A DNA stretch of 64,000 nt from Bacillota bacterium (lineage in GTDB: Bacteria > Bacillota > Sulfobacillia > Thermaerobacterales > RSA17): assembly GCA_017577485.2 (NCBI GenBank), contig PKRI02000006.1, forward strand, positions 2,051 to 66,050. The letters are read 5' to 3'. Positions 33,497 through 41,546 of this stretch are shown in pieces. Position 1 is the first letter of the stretch. Each line of letters opens with the position of its first letter. A program made the translations under genes and the position numbers. The notes beneath the pieces were generated by a model. That model saw only the letters and a list, made by a program, of their open reading frames with translations, ran no database searches and was not told the origin of the DNA.

Positions 33497-33583
33497 GGAA
33501 GGGTGGCCGAGTGGACGAAGGCGGATGCCTCGAAAGCATCTGTGGGTTCACGCCCACCGTGGGTTCGAATCCCACCCCTTCCG
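33497..33583 (+). tRNA. tRNA-Ser (anticodon CGA)
   Basis: Acceptor GGAAGGG/CCCTTCC, anticodon arm GATGC-CTCGAAA-GCATC, long variable arm, T-arm GTGGG-TTCGAAT-CCCAC, discriminator G. No CCA. Confidence 0.9.
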
Positions 33584-33629
33584 CAGGACCGCGGCGCCGG
33601 AGCGGGCGCCCGGTTCCCAATGCAGGTCC

Positions 33630-33718
33630 GGAGGGATGGCCGAGTCCGGCTGAAGGCACACGCCTGGAGAGCGTGTGTACCCGCAAGGGTACCGTGGGTT
33701 CGAATCCCACTCCCTCCG
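33630..33718 (+). tRNA. tRNA-Ser (anticodon GGA)
   Basis: Acceptor GGAGGGA/TCCCTCC, anticodon arm CACGC-CTGGAGA-GCGTG, long variable arm GTACCCGCAAGGGTAC, T-arm GTGGG-TTCGAAT-CCCAC, discriminator G. No CCA. Confidence 0.9.
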
Positions 33719-33780
33719 CAGGCAGCGTTCCGTGCGGCCGCCGGCATGCCCGGCCCGCGCGGCACGCGATGGTCCACGAC

Positions 33781-34055
33781 CTTGGTCGTGCTAGACGGGG
33801 AGGTAGCGGTGCCCTGTACCCGCAATCCGCTGTAGCGGGGTCGAATTCCCGCCCGAGGCCGCGGTGTTGCGGGGTCTGACCTGCGTAAGCGGCGCTGAAG
33901 GTTCGGTCCCGCGCAACGGTGCCTCGTGAACCCCGTCAGGCCCGGAAGGGAGCAGCGGTAAGCGAGTGCGGCCGTGTGCCGCGGGGAAGCCGGGCCCGAG
34001 CAGGCTGCGCGGGTTCCGCCCGGAACGCCCGGTCGACGGCGGGTGCACGACCAAG
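33781..34055 (+). ncRNA. ffs: Signal recognition particle RNA, long Bacillus type (scRNA, with Alu domain)
   Basis: GACGGGGAGGTAGCGGTGCCCTGTACCCGCAATCCGCTGTAGCGGGG (Alu domain) and CCGTCAGGCCCGGAAGGGAGCAGCGGTAAG (domain IV) match B. subtilis scRNA closely. Terminal helix CTTGGTCGTGC/GCACGACCAAG. Located between tadA and dnaX as in Bacillus. Confidence 0.9.
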
Positions 34056-34070
34056 TAGCTTTCCAGCCGG

Positions 34071-34103
34071 GAGACCCCGCGAGCGGGGTCTCTCTGATTT
34101 GTT
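34071..34103 (+). terminator. Terminator after SRP RNA
   Basis: GAGACCCCGC-GA-GCGGGGTCTC hairpin followed by TCTGATTTGTT. Confidence 0.7.
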
Positions 34104-34214
34104 GCGGCCAGGTGCCCGCCGGGGCCGCCAGGATTTCCGCGCCGCCCGGGCGAAGGCCCCTGCACGGCCGGCCTGCTGCGTACCCTCGTCCCGACGGTGG
34201 AAGGAGCGGTTTCG

Positions 34215-36098
34215 TTGGCCTATCGCGCCCTCTACCGCGCCTACCGCCCCCAGCGCTTCGCCGAGGTGGTGGGCCAGGAGCACGTGGTCCGCACCCTGCA
34301 GAACGCGCTGCGCCAGGGCCGCGTGGGCCACGCCTACCTGTTCGCCGGGCCCCGGGGCACGGGCAAGACCAGCGTGGCCCGGCTGCTGGCCAGGGCCGTC
34401 AACTGCGAGCAGCCGCTGGACGGCGGCGAGCCCTGCAACCAGTGCGCCGCCTGCCGGAGCATTGCCGACGGCAGCGCCCTGGACGTCATCGAGATCGATG
34501 CCGCCTCCAACCGCGGCATCGAAGAGATCCGCGACCTGCGGGAGAAGGTCCGCTACGCCCCGGGCCGCTGCCGGTACAAGGTCTACATCATCGACGAGGT
34601 CCACATGCTGACCGAGCACGCCTTCAACGCGCTGCTCAAGACCCTGGAGGAGCCTCCGGCCAACGTCGTCTTCATCCTGGCCACCACGGACCCGCAGAAG
34701 GTGCCGGCCACCATCCTGTCCCGCTGCCAGCGCTTCGACTTCCACCGGGTTCCCGACGCCCGGATCATCGCGCACCTGGAGCAGGTCTGCGCCGCCGAAG
34801 GGCTGACGGCGGAACCCGAAGCCCTGCAGGTCATCGCCCGGCACGCCCGGGGCGGCCTGCGGGACGCCTTGAGCCTGCTGGACCAGGCTGCGGCCATGGC
34901 CTCAGAAGGCGCCATCGCCCTGGACGACCTGCTGGCGCTGCTGGGCACGGCCGGCGAGGAGTCGCTGCTGGCCCTGACCCGGGCCGCCGCCGGCGGCGAC
35001 CTGGCGGCGGGCCTGGCCGTCATCGACCAGGTGCTGGCCCAGGGGCGCGACCCGCGGCAGATCCTCCGGGATTGGCAGGAGTACCTGCGCCACGCGCTGC
35101 TGCTCAGGCTGGACGCCGGCCTCGAGAACGCCGTGGCCCTGTCGGGCCGGCAGGCCGAAGAACTGCGCCGCGCCTGCGCCGGCGTCGACCCGGAGCGGCT
35201 GCTGGACTTCCTCGACTACCTGGCGGAGCGGGAGCAGGTGATGCGGTGGGCTCCCGACGGGCGCCTGGTGCTGGAGACCGCGTTCCTGCGGGCCGCCCGG
35301 GAACTGGGTGCCGGCACCGGGGCTCCCGGCGCCGCAGCGCCCGCCGCCGGGGCGGGGCAGCCGCCGGCGGCCGCGGTCCAGCAAGCGCGGGCCGCGGTCG
35401 ACGAGACGGAGACCGCGGCCCAGGAAACGGGGGCCGCCGCCGGTGAGGAGCCGGCAGCCGGCGAGGCCGGCGGCATCGGGGGCACCGGTGAGGAGGGCGG
35501 CGATGCCGCGGCGGTGGTGGCCGCCTGGCCGGCGGTCCTGGAGCGGGTGCGGAAGCTCAGCACCCAGACCTGGGCGCTGCTCAACCCCGCCGACGTGGAG
35601 GTGCGGGCGGCGGGCCCGTCGCGCGTCGAACTGGTCTTCCGCCACGAATTCCATTACAACACGATGGTGCAGGGCAAGCGGCTGCAGACGGTGGAGCGGG
35701 CCATCGCCGACACCTGCGGTGTGCGGGTTGCGCTGCGCTGCGTTACGATGGAGCAAGACGCCGACGAGCCGTCATCTCCGGCCCGGCGCCGCCGCGGCCG
35801 GGAGGCGGGCCGCCCCGCCGGCCGGCGGGAAAACGAGGCCGCCGCGCCGGCCCGGGAGGCTGCCGGCGGGACCCAGGCGGGTGCGCCGCCGGGCGGTGGG
35901 ATGCCGGCCGACCCGGTGCCGCTGCCGGACGAGCCGCCGCTGGAGGACCTGCCGGGCGAGGTGGGGCCGGATCGGGTGCCCCCCGGCGGCGGTGCGGCGG
36001 ACCGGCCCCAGGAGCCCGGCGCGCCCTCCGGCCTGGCCGGTGACGCCCTGGAACTGTTCGGCGGACGGCTGGTCGAGCCCAGGGAGGATCGCCCGTGA
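34215..36098 (+). CDS. dnaX: DNA polymerase III subunit gamma/tau
   Basis: ORF track 34197..36098. TTG 34215 has GGAAGGAG 8 nt upstream. YRALYRAYRPQRFAEVVGQEHVVRTLQNAL..HAYLFAGPRGTGKTS, zinc module CEQPLDGGEPCNQCAACRSI, VYIIDEVHMLT, SRCQRFDF. The C-terminal half is Ala/Gly/Pro-rich. Confidence 0.94.
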   Translation: MAYRALYRAYRPQRFAEVVGQEHVVRTLQNALRQGRVGHAYLFAGPRGTGKTSVARLLARAVNCEQPLDGGEPCNQCAACRSIADGSALDVIEIDAASNRGIEEIRDLREKVRYAPGRCRYKVYIIDEVHMLTEHAFNALLKTLEEPPANVVFILATTDPQKVPATILSRCQRFDFHRVPDARIIAHLEQVCAAEGLTAEPEALQVIARHARGGLRDALSLLDQAAAMASEGAIALDDLLALLGTAGEESLLALTRAAAGGDLAAGLAVIDQVLAQGRDPRQILRDWQEYLRHALLLRLDAGLENAVALSGRQAEELRRACAGVDPERLLDFLDYLAEREQVMRWAPDGRLVLETAFLRAARELGAGTGAPGAAAPAAGAGQPPAAAVQQARAAVDETETAAQETGAAAGEEPAAGEAGGIGGTGEEGGDAAAVVAAWPAVLERVRKLSTQTWALLNPADVEVRAAGPSRVELVFRHEFHYNTMVQGKRLQTVERAIADTCGVRVALRCVTMEQDADEPSSPARRRRGREAGRPAGRRENEAAAPAREAAGGTQAGAPPGGGMPADPVPLPDEPPLEDLPGEVGPDRVPPGGGAADRPQEPGAPSGLAGDALELFGGRLVEPREDRP

Positions 36099-36424
36099 AC
36101 TTCGGCCAGATGGGCAAGATGATGAAGCAGATCCAGAAGATGCAGGAAGACATGCAGCGCCTCCAGGAGGAACTCAAGGAGCGCACGGTGGAGGCGTCGG
36201 CGGGCGGCGGCGTGGTGCGGGCCGTGGCCACCGGCGCCATGGAGGTGCGGCAGATCAAGATCGACCCGGCGGCGGTGGATCCCAACGACGTGGAGATGCT
36301 GGAAGACCTGATCGCCGCCGCCGTCAACGAGGCCCTGCGCAAGGCCCAGGACATGGTGCAGCAGGAGATGGCGCGGATCACCGGAGGTCTCAACCTGCCC
36401 CAGATCCCGGGCCTGAACTTCTGA
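36095..36424 (+). CDS. ebfC: Nucleoid-associated protein YbaB/EbfC
   Basis: 109 aa. [69 protein letters not shown] overlap with dnaX. Confidence 0.93.
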   Translation: MNFGQMGKMMKQIQKMQEDMQRLQEELKERTVEASAGGGVVRAVATGAMEVRQIKIDPAAVDPNDVEMLEDLIAAAVNEALRKAQDMVQQEMARITGGLNLPQIPGLNF

Positions 36425-36428
36425 CGTC

Positions 36429-37025
36429 ATGCGTTACGCCGAGCCCATCGCCCGCCTGATCACCGAGTTGACCCGCCTGCCGGGCGTAGGCCCCAAGTCG
36501 GCCCAGCGCATGGCCTTCTACCTGCTGCTGCGGCCTGCCGAGGACGCCCGGCGCCTGGCCGAGGCCATCATCGGCGCCCGCGAGGCCATCCGGCCCTGCG
36601 GCCGCTGCGGCAACCTCACCGATCAGGATCCCTGCCGCCTGTGCACCGATCCCGAGCGCGACGACACCGTGCTGTGCGTGGTGGAACAGCCCCGCGACGT
36701 GGCCGCCATGGAGCGGACCGCCCAGTTCCGCGGCCGGTACCACGTGCTCCACGGCGCCATCTCGCCCATGGACGGCGTCGGGCCCGACGACCTGCGCATC
36801 CGCGAACTGCTGGAGCGGCTGCAGGAAGGCCGGGTGCGGGAGGTCATCCTGGCCACCAATCCCAACGTCGAGGGCGAGGCCACCGCCCTCTACCTGGCGC
36901 GGCTGATCAAGCCCCTGGGCGTCACCGTGACCCGCATCGCCCGCGGCCTGCCCGAAGGCGGCGACCTGGACTACGCCGACGAACTCACCCTGGCCCGCGC
37001 CCTGGAAGGCCGGCGCCCGGTGTAA
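36429..37025 (+). CDS. recR: Recombination protein RecR
   Basis: 198 aa. [24 protein letters not shown], zinc finger [16 protein letters not shown], Toprim [14 protein letters not shown]. Confidence 0.95.
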   Translation: MRYAEPIARLITELTRLPGVGPKSAQRMAFYLLLRPAEDARRLAEAIIGAREAIRPCGRCGNLTDQDPCRLCTDPERDDTVLCVVEQPRDVAAMERTAQFRGRYHVLHGAISPMDGVGPDDLRIRELLERLQEGRVREVILATNPNVEGEATALYLARLIKPLGVTVTRIARGLPEGGDLDYADELTLARALEGRRPV

Positions 37026-37153
37026 CGGCGGCGGCCGCTTCCTGCCCGCATGTTTCCTGGCACCGGCGGCAAGACTTCCCCCGGGCGGCACATCGCACGG
37101 CCCCGCGGCATAAGGATTCGGCGGGGGCAGCCGCCTGAAGGGGGAGTCCGCCT

Positions 37154-37561
37154 TTGCTGGAAGCCCTGGCGCGCTGGTGGCGGCGCAGCCGCGGCAGGGG
37201 CGCCGACGCGGCGGGCGGCGCCGGCAACGCCGGTGCCGCCGTGGGCGAGGTCGACCTGGTGGAGCAGGCGCGCCGCGAGTGGCAAGCGGCGCGGTCCCTG
37301 TTCGAGAACGTGTCGGACCCGGAACTGATCGACCATGCCATCCACCGCATGACCGCCGCCGAGCGCCGCTACATGTTCCTGATCAAGGAAGCCCGCCGCT
37401 CCGGCATCGTCGAAGACGGCCTGGGCCTGGTCCTGGCCGACCCGCGCCGCGACGGCGGCGGCGTGCCCGCCGGTCCCGCGCCCGCCGGCCCCGCGCCTTC
37501 CGCCGCTGCTGCCACCGGCGCCCACCCCGAAACGGCGCCCGAGCAGCAGCGCCCCGCCTGA
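37154..37561 (+). CDS. yaaL: YaaL-like protein (DUF2508)
   Basis: 135 aa. LVEQARREWQAARSLFENVSDPELIDHAIHRMTAAERRYMFLIKEARRSG fits DUF2508. Same slot (recR-yaaL-bofA) as B. subtilis. TTG start. Confidence 0.75.
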   Translation: MLEALARWWRRSRGRGADAAGGAGNAGAAVGEVDLVEQARREWQAARSLFENVSDPELIDHAIHRMTAAERRYMFLIKEARRSGIVEDGLGLVLADPRRDGGGVPAGPAPAGPAPSAAAATGAHPETAPEQQRPA

Positions 37562-37612
37562 GGCATGGCCGCCGCCCGGCGTCCATAACCATGGACGAGG
37601 GGTGAAGCCGCC

Positions 37613-37897
37613 GTGCCGGTGCAGTTGCCCGTGCAGGTCGACACGCTGATCGCTTACGGCCTGGCCCTGGTCATCCTCTACATGCTGGTGCGGGCTTTCA
37701 TCGTGCCCATCCGCTTCCTGCTGCAGGCCGCGTACCGCGTGGCCCTGGGCGGGGCGGCCATCTGGGTCCTCAACTGGGTGGGGGCCTTCTTCGGTTTTCA
37801 CCTGGGCCTCAATCTGGTCACCGCCGCCGCCGTGGGCTACCTGGGCGCGCCGGGGGTGCTGATGCTGGTGGCGCTGCAGCGCCTGGCCGGAGCGTGA
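37613..37897 (+). CDS. bofA: Pro-sigma-K processing inhibitor BofA
   Basis: 94 aa, two TM helices. ALGGAAIWVLNWVGAFFGFHLGLNLVTAAAVGYLGAPGVLMLV matches the BofA family signature. Confidence 0.8.
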   Translation: MPVQLPVQVDTLIAYGLALVILYMLVRAFIVPIRFLLQAAYRVALGGAAIWVLNWVGAFFGFHLGLNLVTAAAVGYLGAPGVLMLVALQRLAGA

Positions 37898-37934
37898 GCG
37901 GCGCCGGCCCCGTCCTTCCCGGCCGGGTCCTTCC

Positions 37935-37964
37935 TTGACCCCCCGTCCAGGGCTCTGCTACACT
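37935..37964 (+). promoter_or_regulatory. gltX promoter (TTGACC-18-TACACT with TG extension)
   Basis: TTGACC 37935-37940, TGCTACACT 37956-37964. About 15 nt upstream of the gltX start. Confidence 0.55.
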
Positions 37965-37978
37965 GCGCAACAGCGGGG

Positions 37979-39523
37979 GTGCAGGGATTGCCCGACCAGA
38001 TCCGCGTCCGGTTCGCGCCGTCGCCCACCGGGTACCTGCACATCGGGGGAGCGCGGACGGCGCTTTTTAATTGGTTGTTCGCCGCCAGGAACGGCGGCGT
38101 CTTCGTGCTGCGCATCGAGGACACCGATGCCGACCGCGCCCGCGAGGAAACAGTGGGCCCGATCCTGGACAGCCTGCGCTGGCTGGGGCTCACCTGGCAG
38201 GAAGGGCCCGACGTGGGCGGTCCCTACGGGCCCTACGTCCAGTCGCAGCGCCTGGACCTGTACCGCCGCGAGGCGGAGCGGCTGATCCAGGAAGGCAAGG
38301 CGTACCCCTGCTACTGCACCGTCGAAGAAATCGAGGCTGCCCGGGAACAGGCCCGCAGGGAGGGCCGCACGTACCGCTATCCCGGAACCTGCCGCCATTT
38401 GACGGAAGAGGAGCGCCGGCGCCTGGAGGCCCAGGGCCGGCCGCGGGCGGTGCGCCTGGTGGGTCCCGGTCCCGGGGAGACCGTGGTGCCCGACCTGATC
38501 CACGGCGAGGTTCGGTTCCCCAACGACGAGTTCGACGACTTCGTCATCATGAAGTCCGACGGCACGCCGGTCTACAATTTTGCCGTGGCCGTGGACGACC
38601 ATCACATGGGCATCACCCATGTGATCCGCGGCGAGGAGCACCTGTCCAACACGCCCCGCCAGCTGCTGGTCTACCGCGCGCTGGGCTACGAGCCGCCGGC
38701 CTTCGCCCACGTGCCCATGGTCCTGGCTCCGGACCGCTCGAAGCTCAGCAAGCGGCACGGGGCCGTGGCCGTGGAGGAGTTCCGCGAGAAGGGCTTCCTG
38801 CCCGAAGCCATCCTGAACTACACGGCGCTTCTGGGCTGGTCCCCCGGCGACGACCGTGAGGTCCTGACGCTGGAGGAGATGGTCGAAGCCTTCAGCCTGG
38901 AGCGCATCAGCAAGACGGCGGCCATTTATGACGTCGAGAAGATGACGTGGCTCAACGGCCAGCACCTGCGGCGGGCCGACCTGGACCGCGTTTTCGCGCT
39001 GGTGCGGCCGCGCCTGGAAGCCCGGGGTTTCCTGCCGCGCGACGCCGGTCCGGAGGAACTGGCTCACGCCCGGGCGGTGGTGGCCGCCGTCCGCGACCGC
39101 GTGCGCACGCTGGAAGAGATCGTCGACGCGTCGGCTTACTTCTTCGCCGACTTCGAGGACTACGACCCGGAAGGCGTCCGCAAGCGCTTCGAAAAGCCGG
39201 GCGTGGCCGAATTGCTGGCCGAGGCGCGCCGGCGACTGGAAGCCGTGGAGCCCTTCACCGCCGAGTCCACCGAGCACGCGTTCCGCGCGCTGTGCCAGGA
39301 AAAGGGCATCAGCGGCGGGGCTCTTTTCCACCCGGTGCGCCTGGCCCTGACCGGGCGCACCATGGGTCCCGGCCTGTTCGACGTCATCGCGCTGCTGGGC
39401 CGGCGGCGGTGCCTGGAGCGTCTGGACCGCGCCGTCCGGTTCATCAAGGAGAAGTTGCCCCACGTCCAGGCTGCGGCTGCCGCCGGCGGGGATGCGGGGA
39501 CCGAAGGCGGCGCCGGCGCCTGA
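37979..39523 (+). CDS. gltX: Glutamate--tRNA ligase
   Basis: 514 aa. IRVRFAPSPTGYLHIGGARTALFNWLFA (HIGH), FVLRIEDTD, KLSKRHG (KMSKS). Confidence 0.95.
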   Translation: MQGLPDQIRVRFAPSPTGYLHIGGARTALFNWLFAARNGGVFVLRIEDTDADRAREETVGPILDSLRWLGLTWQEGPDVGGPYGPYVQSQRLDLYRREAERLIQEGKAYPCYCTVEEIEAAREQARREGRTYRYPGTCRHLTEEERRRLEAQGRPRAVRLVGPGPGETVVPDLIHGEVRFPNDEFDDFVIMKSDGTPVYNFAVAVDDHHMGITHVIRGEEHLSNTPRQLLVYRALGYEPPAFAHVPMVLAPDRSKLSKRHGAVAVEEFREKGFLPEAILNYTALLGWSPGDDREVLTLEEMVEAFSLERISKTAAIYDVEKMTWLNGQHLRRADLDRVFALVRPRLEARGFLPRDAGPEELAHARAVVAAVRDRVRTLEEIVDASAYFFADFEDYDPEGVRKRFEKPGVAELLAEARRRLEAVEPFTAESTEHAFRALCQEKGISGGALFHPVRLALTGRTMGPGLFDVIALLGRRRCLERLDRAVRFIKEKLPHVQAAAAAGGDAGTEGGAGA

Positions 39524-39548
39524 GGGTCCCGCGGCCGCCGGTCGTGCC

Positions 39549-39577
39549 TTGCCTGGTGCCGTCGAACCTGCTATACT
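39549..39577 (+). promoter_or_regulatory. Promoter for tRNA-Gln/tRNA-Glu (TTGCCT-17-TATACT with TG extension)
   Basis: TTGCCT 39549-39554, TGCTATACT 39569-39577. Confidence 0.5.
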
Positions 39578-39616
39578 TCATCTCGCGCCCGCGGCGCCGG
39601 TGGCGGCGCGGTCCAA

Positions 39617-39687
39617 TGGGGAGTGGTGTAACGGTAACACGACTGGCTCTGGACCAGTTGTTCCAGGTTCGAATCCTGGCTCCCCAG
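39617..39687 (+). tRNA. tRNA-Gln (anticodon CUG)
   Basis: Acceptor TGGGGAG/CTCCCCA, anticodon arm ACTGG-CTCTGGA-CCAGT, T-arm CCAGG-TTCGAAT-CCTGG, discriminator G. 71 nt, no CCA. Confidence 0.88.
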
Positions 39688-39714
39688 CAAGGTCCGGTTT
39701 GTCAGGTGTTTCGT

Positions 39715-39789
39715 GGGGGTATCGTCTAGCCTGGCCAAGGATACCGCCCTCTCAAGGCGGAGACACGGGTTCAAATCCCGTTACCCCTA
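39715..39789 (+). tRNA. tRNA-Glu (anticodon CUC)
   Basis: Acceptor GGGGGTA/TACCCCT (G1-U72), anticodon arm CCGCC-CTCTCAA-GGCGG, T-arm ACGGG-TTCAAAT-CCCGT, discriminator A. 75 nt, no CCA. Confidence 0.88.
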
Positions 39790-39794
39790 CAGAA

Positions 39795-39824
39795 CCGGGA
39801 GGCGTGCAGCGGCACGCCTCCCGG
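39795..39824 (+). terminator. Strong GC hairpin after tRNA-Glu (possible terminator or processing site; no U-tract)
   Basis: CCGGGAGGCGTGC-AGCG-GCACGCCTCCCGG, a 13-bp perfect stem. Confidence 0.35.
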
Positions 39825-39870
39825 CCTTCCGGACCCGGAAGCCAGCCGCAGGAGCGGCAGGATCGCCCGG

Positions 39871-39899
39871 TTGACACGGCGGCGCGGCGCGACTAAGAT
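39871..39899 (+). promoter_or_regulatory. Near-consensus promoter (TTGACA-17-TAAGAT) immediately upstream of the 5S rRNA gene
   Basis: TTGACA 39871-39876, TAAGAT 39894-39899. The mature 5S starts ~28 nt downstream. Confidence 0.6.
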
Positions 39900-39926
39900 A
39901 TGCTCTCGGACAACAGGTTCTGAGGA

Positions 39927-40045
39927 TTCCGGTGGCTATGGCGGAGGGGCCACACCCGTTCCCATTCCGAACACGGCCGTTAAGCCCTCCAGCGCCGATG
40001 GTACTTGGCGGGAGACCGCCTGGGAGAGTAGGACGCTGCCGGAAT
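39927..40045 (+). rRNA. rrf: 5S ribosomal RNA (orphan copy, not linked to 16S/23S)
   Basis: TCCGGTGGCTATGGCGGAGGGGCCACACCCGTTCCCATTCCGAACACGGCCGTTAAGCCCTCCAGCGCCGATGGTACTTGGCGGGAGACCGCCTGGGAGAGTAGGACGCTGCCGGAA aligns along its length with Bacillus 5S rRNA. Ends are approximate (+/- 3 nt). Confidence 0.92.
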
Positions 40046-40060
40046 CCTGAATTTTCACGG

Positions 40061-40090
40061 GCCCGGCGCTTCGGCGCCGGGCTTGTTCTT
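40061..40090 (+). terminator. Rho-independent terminator after 5S rRNA
   Basis: GCCCGGCGC-TTCG-GCGCCGGGC hairpin followed by TTGTTCTT. Confidence 0.75.
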
Positions 40091-40171
40091 ACAGGAACAG
40101 GGCGGGCCGCGTCGAAGCAAGCGACACCGTACACGGAACCGGCGGCGGCCGGTCCGGGAAAGGCGGATGCC

Positions 40172-40501
40172 GTGAAGCTGATCGTGGCCATCGTGCAGGA
40201 CAAGGACGCCGTCCGCCTGATCGAGGCGCTGGTGGACCAGGGCTACCGCGCCACCAAACTGGCCACCACCGGGGGCTTCCTCCGCGAGGGAAACACCACG
40301 CTGCTGGTCGGGGTGGAAGACGACCGGGTCGACGACGTGCTGGACATCATCCGCCGCATCTGCCACTCCCGGGAGCAGCTGGTGACGCCCCTGGCGCCGG
40401 TCGGCGGCCCCATCGATTCCTACGTGCCCTATCCGGTGGAAGTCCTGGTGGGCGGCGCCACCGTGTTCGTCCTGCACGTGGAACGTTACGAGCGGGTTTG
40501 A
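40172..40501 (+). CDS. darA: Cyclic-di-AMP receptor, PII-like protein DarA/PstA (YaaQ, DUF970)
   Basis: In-frame C-terminal part of ORF 39932..40501; the upstream part runs through the 5S gene. GTG 40172 with GGAAAGG RBS. VKLIVAIVQDKDAVRLIEALVDQGYRATKLATTGGFLREGNTTLLVGVEDDRVDDVLDII. Precedes holB as in B. subtilis. Confidence 0.85.
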   Translation: MKLIVAIVQDKDAVRLIEALVDQGYRATKLATTGGFLREGNTTLLVGVEDDRVDDVLDIIRRICHSREQLVTPLAPVGGPIDSYVPYPVEVLVGGATVFVLHVERYERV

Positions 40502-40502
40502 C

Positions 40503-41489
40503 ATGCGGTTGGATCACCTCAGGCAGCCCCCGGTGCGCCGGATCCTGAGCCGGGCGCTCGCCACCGGCCGCATCGCCCACGCTTACCTGTTCGCGGGTGA
40601 GCCCGGCCTGGGCCAGGAGGAGGCGGCCCGGGCCATGGCGGCGGCGCTGTTGTGCGCGGAGCCCGACGAGGGCGGCGCCTGCGGCCGATGCCCGTCCTGC
40701 CGCAAACTGGCCGGCGGCAATCACCCCGACGTGCTGTGGATGGAGCCCGAAGGTTCCTCCCTCAAGACGTCGCAGGTGGCGGATCTGATCCGGGAACTGC
40801 GCTACCGCCCTGTGGAAGGGCGGGTTCGCTGCGTGCTCATGGCCGGTGCCGACACCATGACCATGGAGGCCGCCAACCGCCTGCTGAAGACCCTGGAGGA
40901 ACCGCCCAGCGAGGCGGTGCTGTTCCTGCTGGCGGCCGATGAGGAGCGCCTGCCCGAAACCATCCGCTCCCGCTGCCAGCGGGTGGTCTTCCGGCCGCTG
41001 CCGGCGGCCGACCTGGCCCGGGACCTGGAAGACCAGGGCCTGGCCGCCGGGGACCGGGCCGTGTGGCTGGCGCGGCTGGCCCGCGGCAATCCCGGCCGCG
41101 CCCGGCTCCTGGCGGAGCACGCCCACCTGGACGACCTCAGCGCACGGGTGGTGGATGACCTGGCCCGCATGGGCCAGGGGGACCTGCCGGCGGCCCTGGA
41201 AGCCGCCGAGCAGTGGGCGGCCCTGGACCCGGCCGACCTGGCCCTGGCCCTGGATCTGGGCGAGCGGGCCCTGGTGGATGCCTGGCTGCTGGCCCATGGG
41301 TTCAGCCAGGATGCCGCCTGGCCGGCCGCTGACCAGGGCATGGAGGCGCTGGCCGCAGCCTGGGGCCGTACGGACCCCGAGCGGGTCCTCACCGCCTTCG
41401 CCCGGGCCCGCCGGCGGCTGGACGCCCGCGTCGTCACCGAGGCGGCGCTGGACGCGCTGTTTCTGGAACTGCAGCAGGCCCGGCGCTGA
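40503..41489 (+). CDS. holB: DNA polymerase III subunit delta'
   Basis: 328 aa. RIAHAYLFAGEPGLGQEEAARAMAAALLC, zinc module CGRCPSCRKLAGGNHPD, EAANRLLKTLEEPP, SRCQRVVF. Confidence 0.9.
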   Translation: MRLDHLRQPPVRRILSRALATGRIAHAYLFAGEPGLGQEEAARAMAAALLCAEPDEGGACGRCPSCRKLAGGNHPDVLWMEPEGSSLKTSQVADLIRELRYRPVEGRVRCVLMAGADTMTMEAANRLLKTLEEPPSEAVLFLLAADEERLPETIRSRCQRVVFRPLPAADLARDLEDQGLAAGDRAVWLARLARGNPGRARLLAEHAHLDDLSARVVDDLARMGQGDLPAALEAAEQWAALDPADLALALDLGERALVDAWLLAHGFSQDAAWPAADQGMEALAAAWGRTDPERVLTAFARARRRLDARVVTEAALDALFLELQQARR

Positions 41490-41546
41490 CGGTCTTCTGG
41501 CCCCGGCACCGGCGGCCGCGCGGCCGCCGCAGAAACGGTAGTTGGG

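Noticed and set aside
34215-36098. Programmed -1 frameshift or slippery site in dnaX to make a gamma subunit.
   Set aside because: I found no A-rich heptanucleotide (A AAA AAG type) or any other obvious slippery run in the gene. Any gamma form would need another mechanism.
39927-40045. The 5S gene as the tail of an rrn operon in this window.
   Set aside because: No 16S- or 23S-like sequence lies upstream (gltX, tRNA-Gln and tRNA-Glu do) or downstream (darA). The gene has its own promoter and terminator.
40473-40488. parS-like sequence TCCTGCACGTGGAACG at the 3' end of darA.
   Set aside because: Only about 12 of 16 positions match, and only one half-site is good. It is probably coincidental coding sequence.
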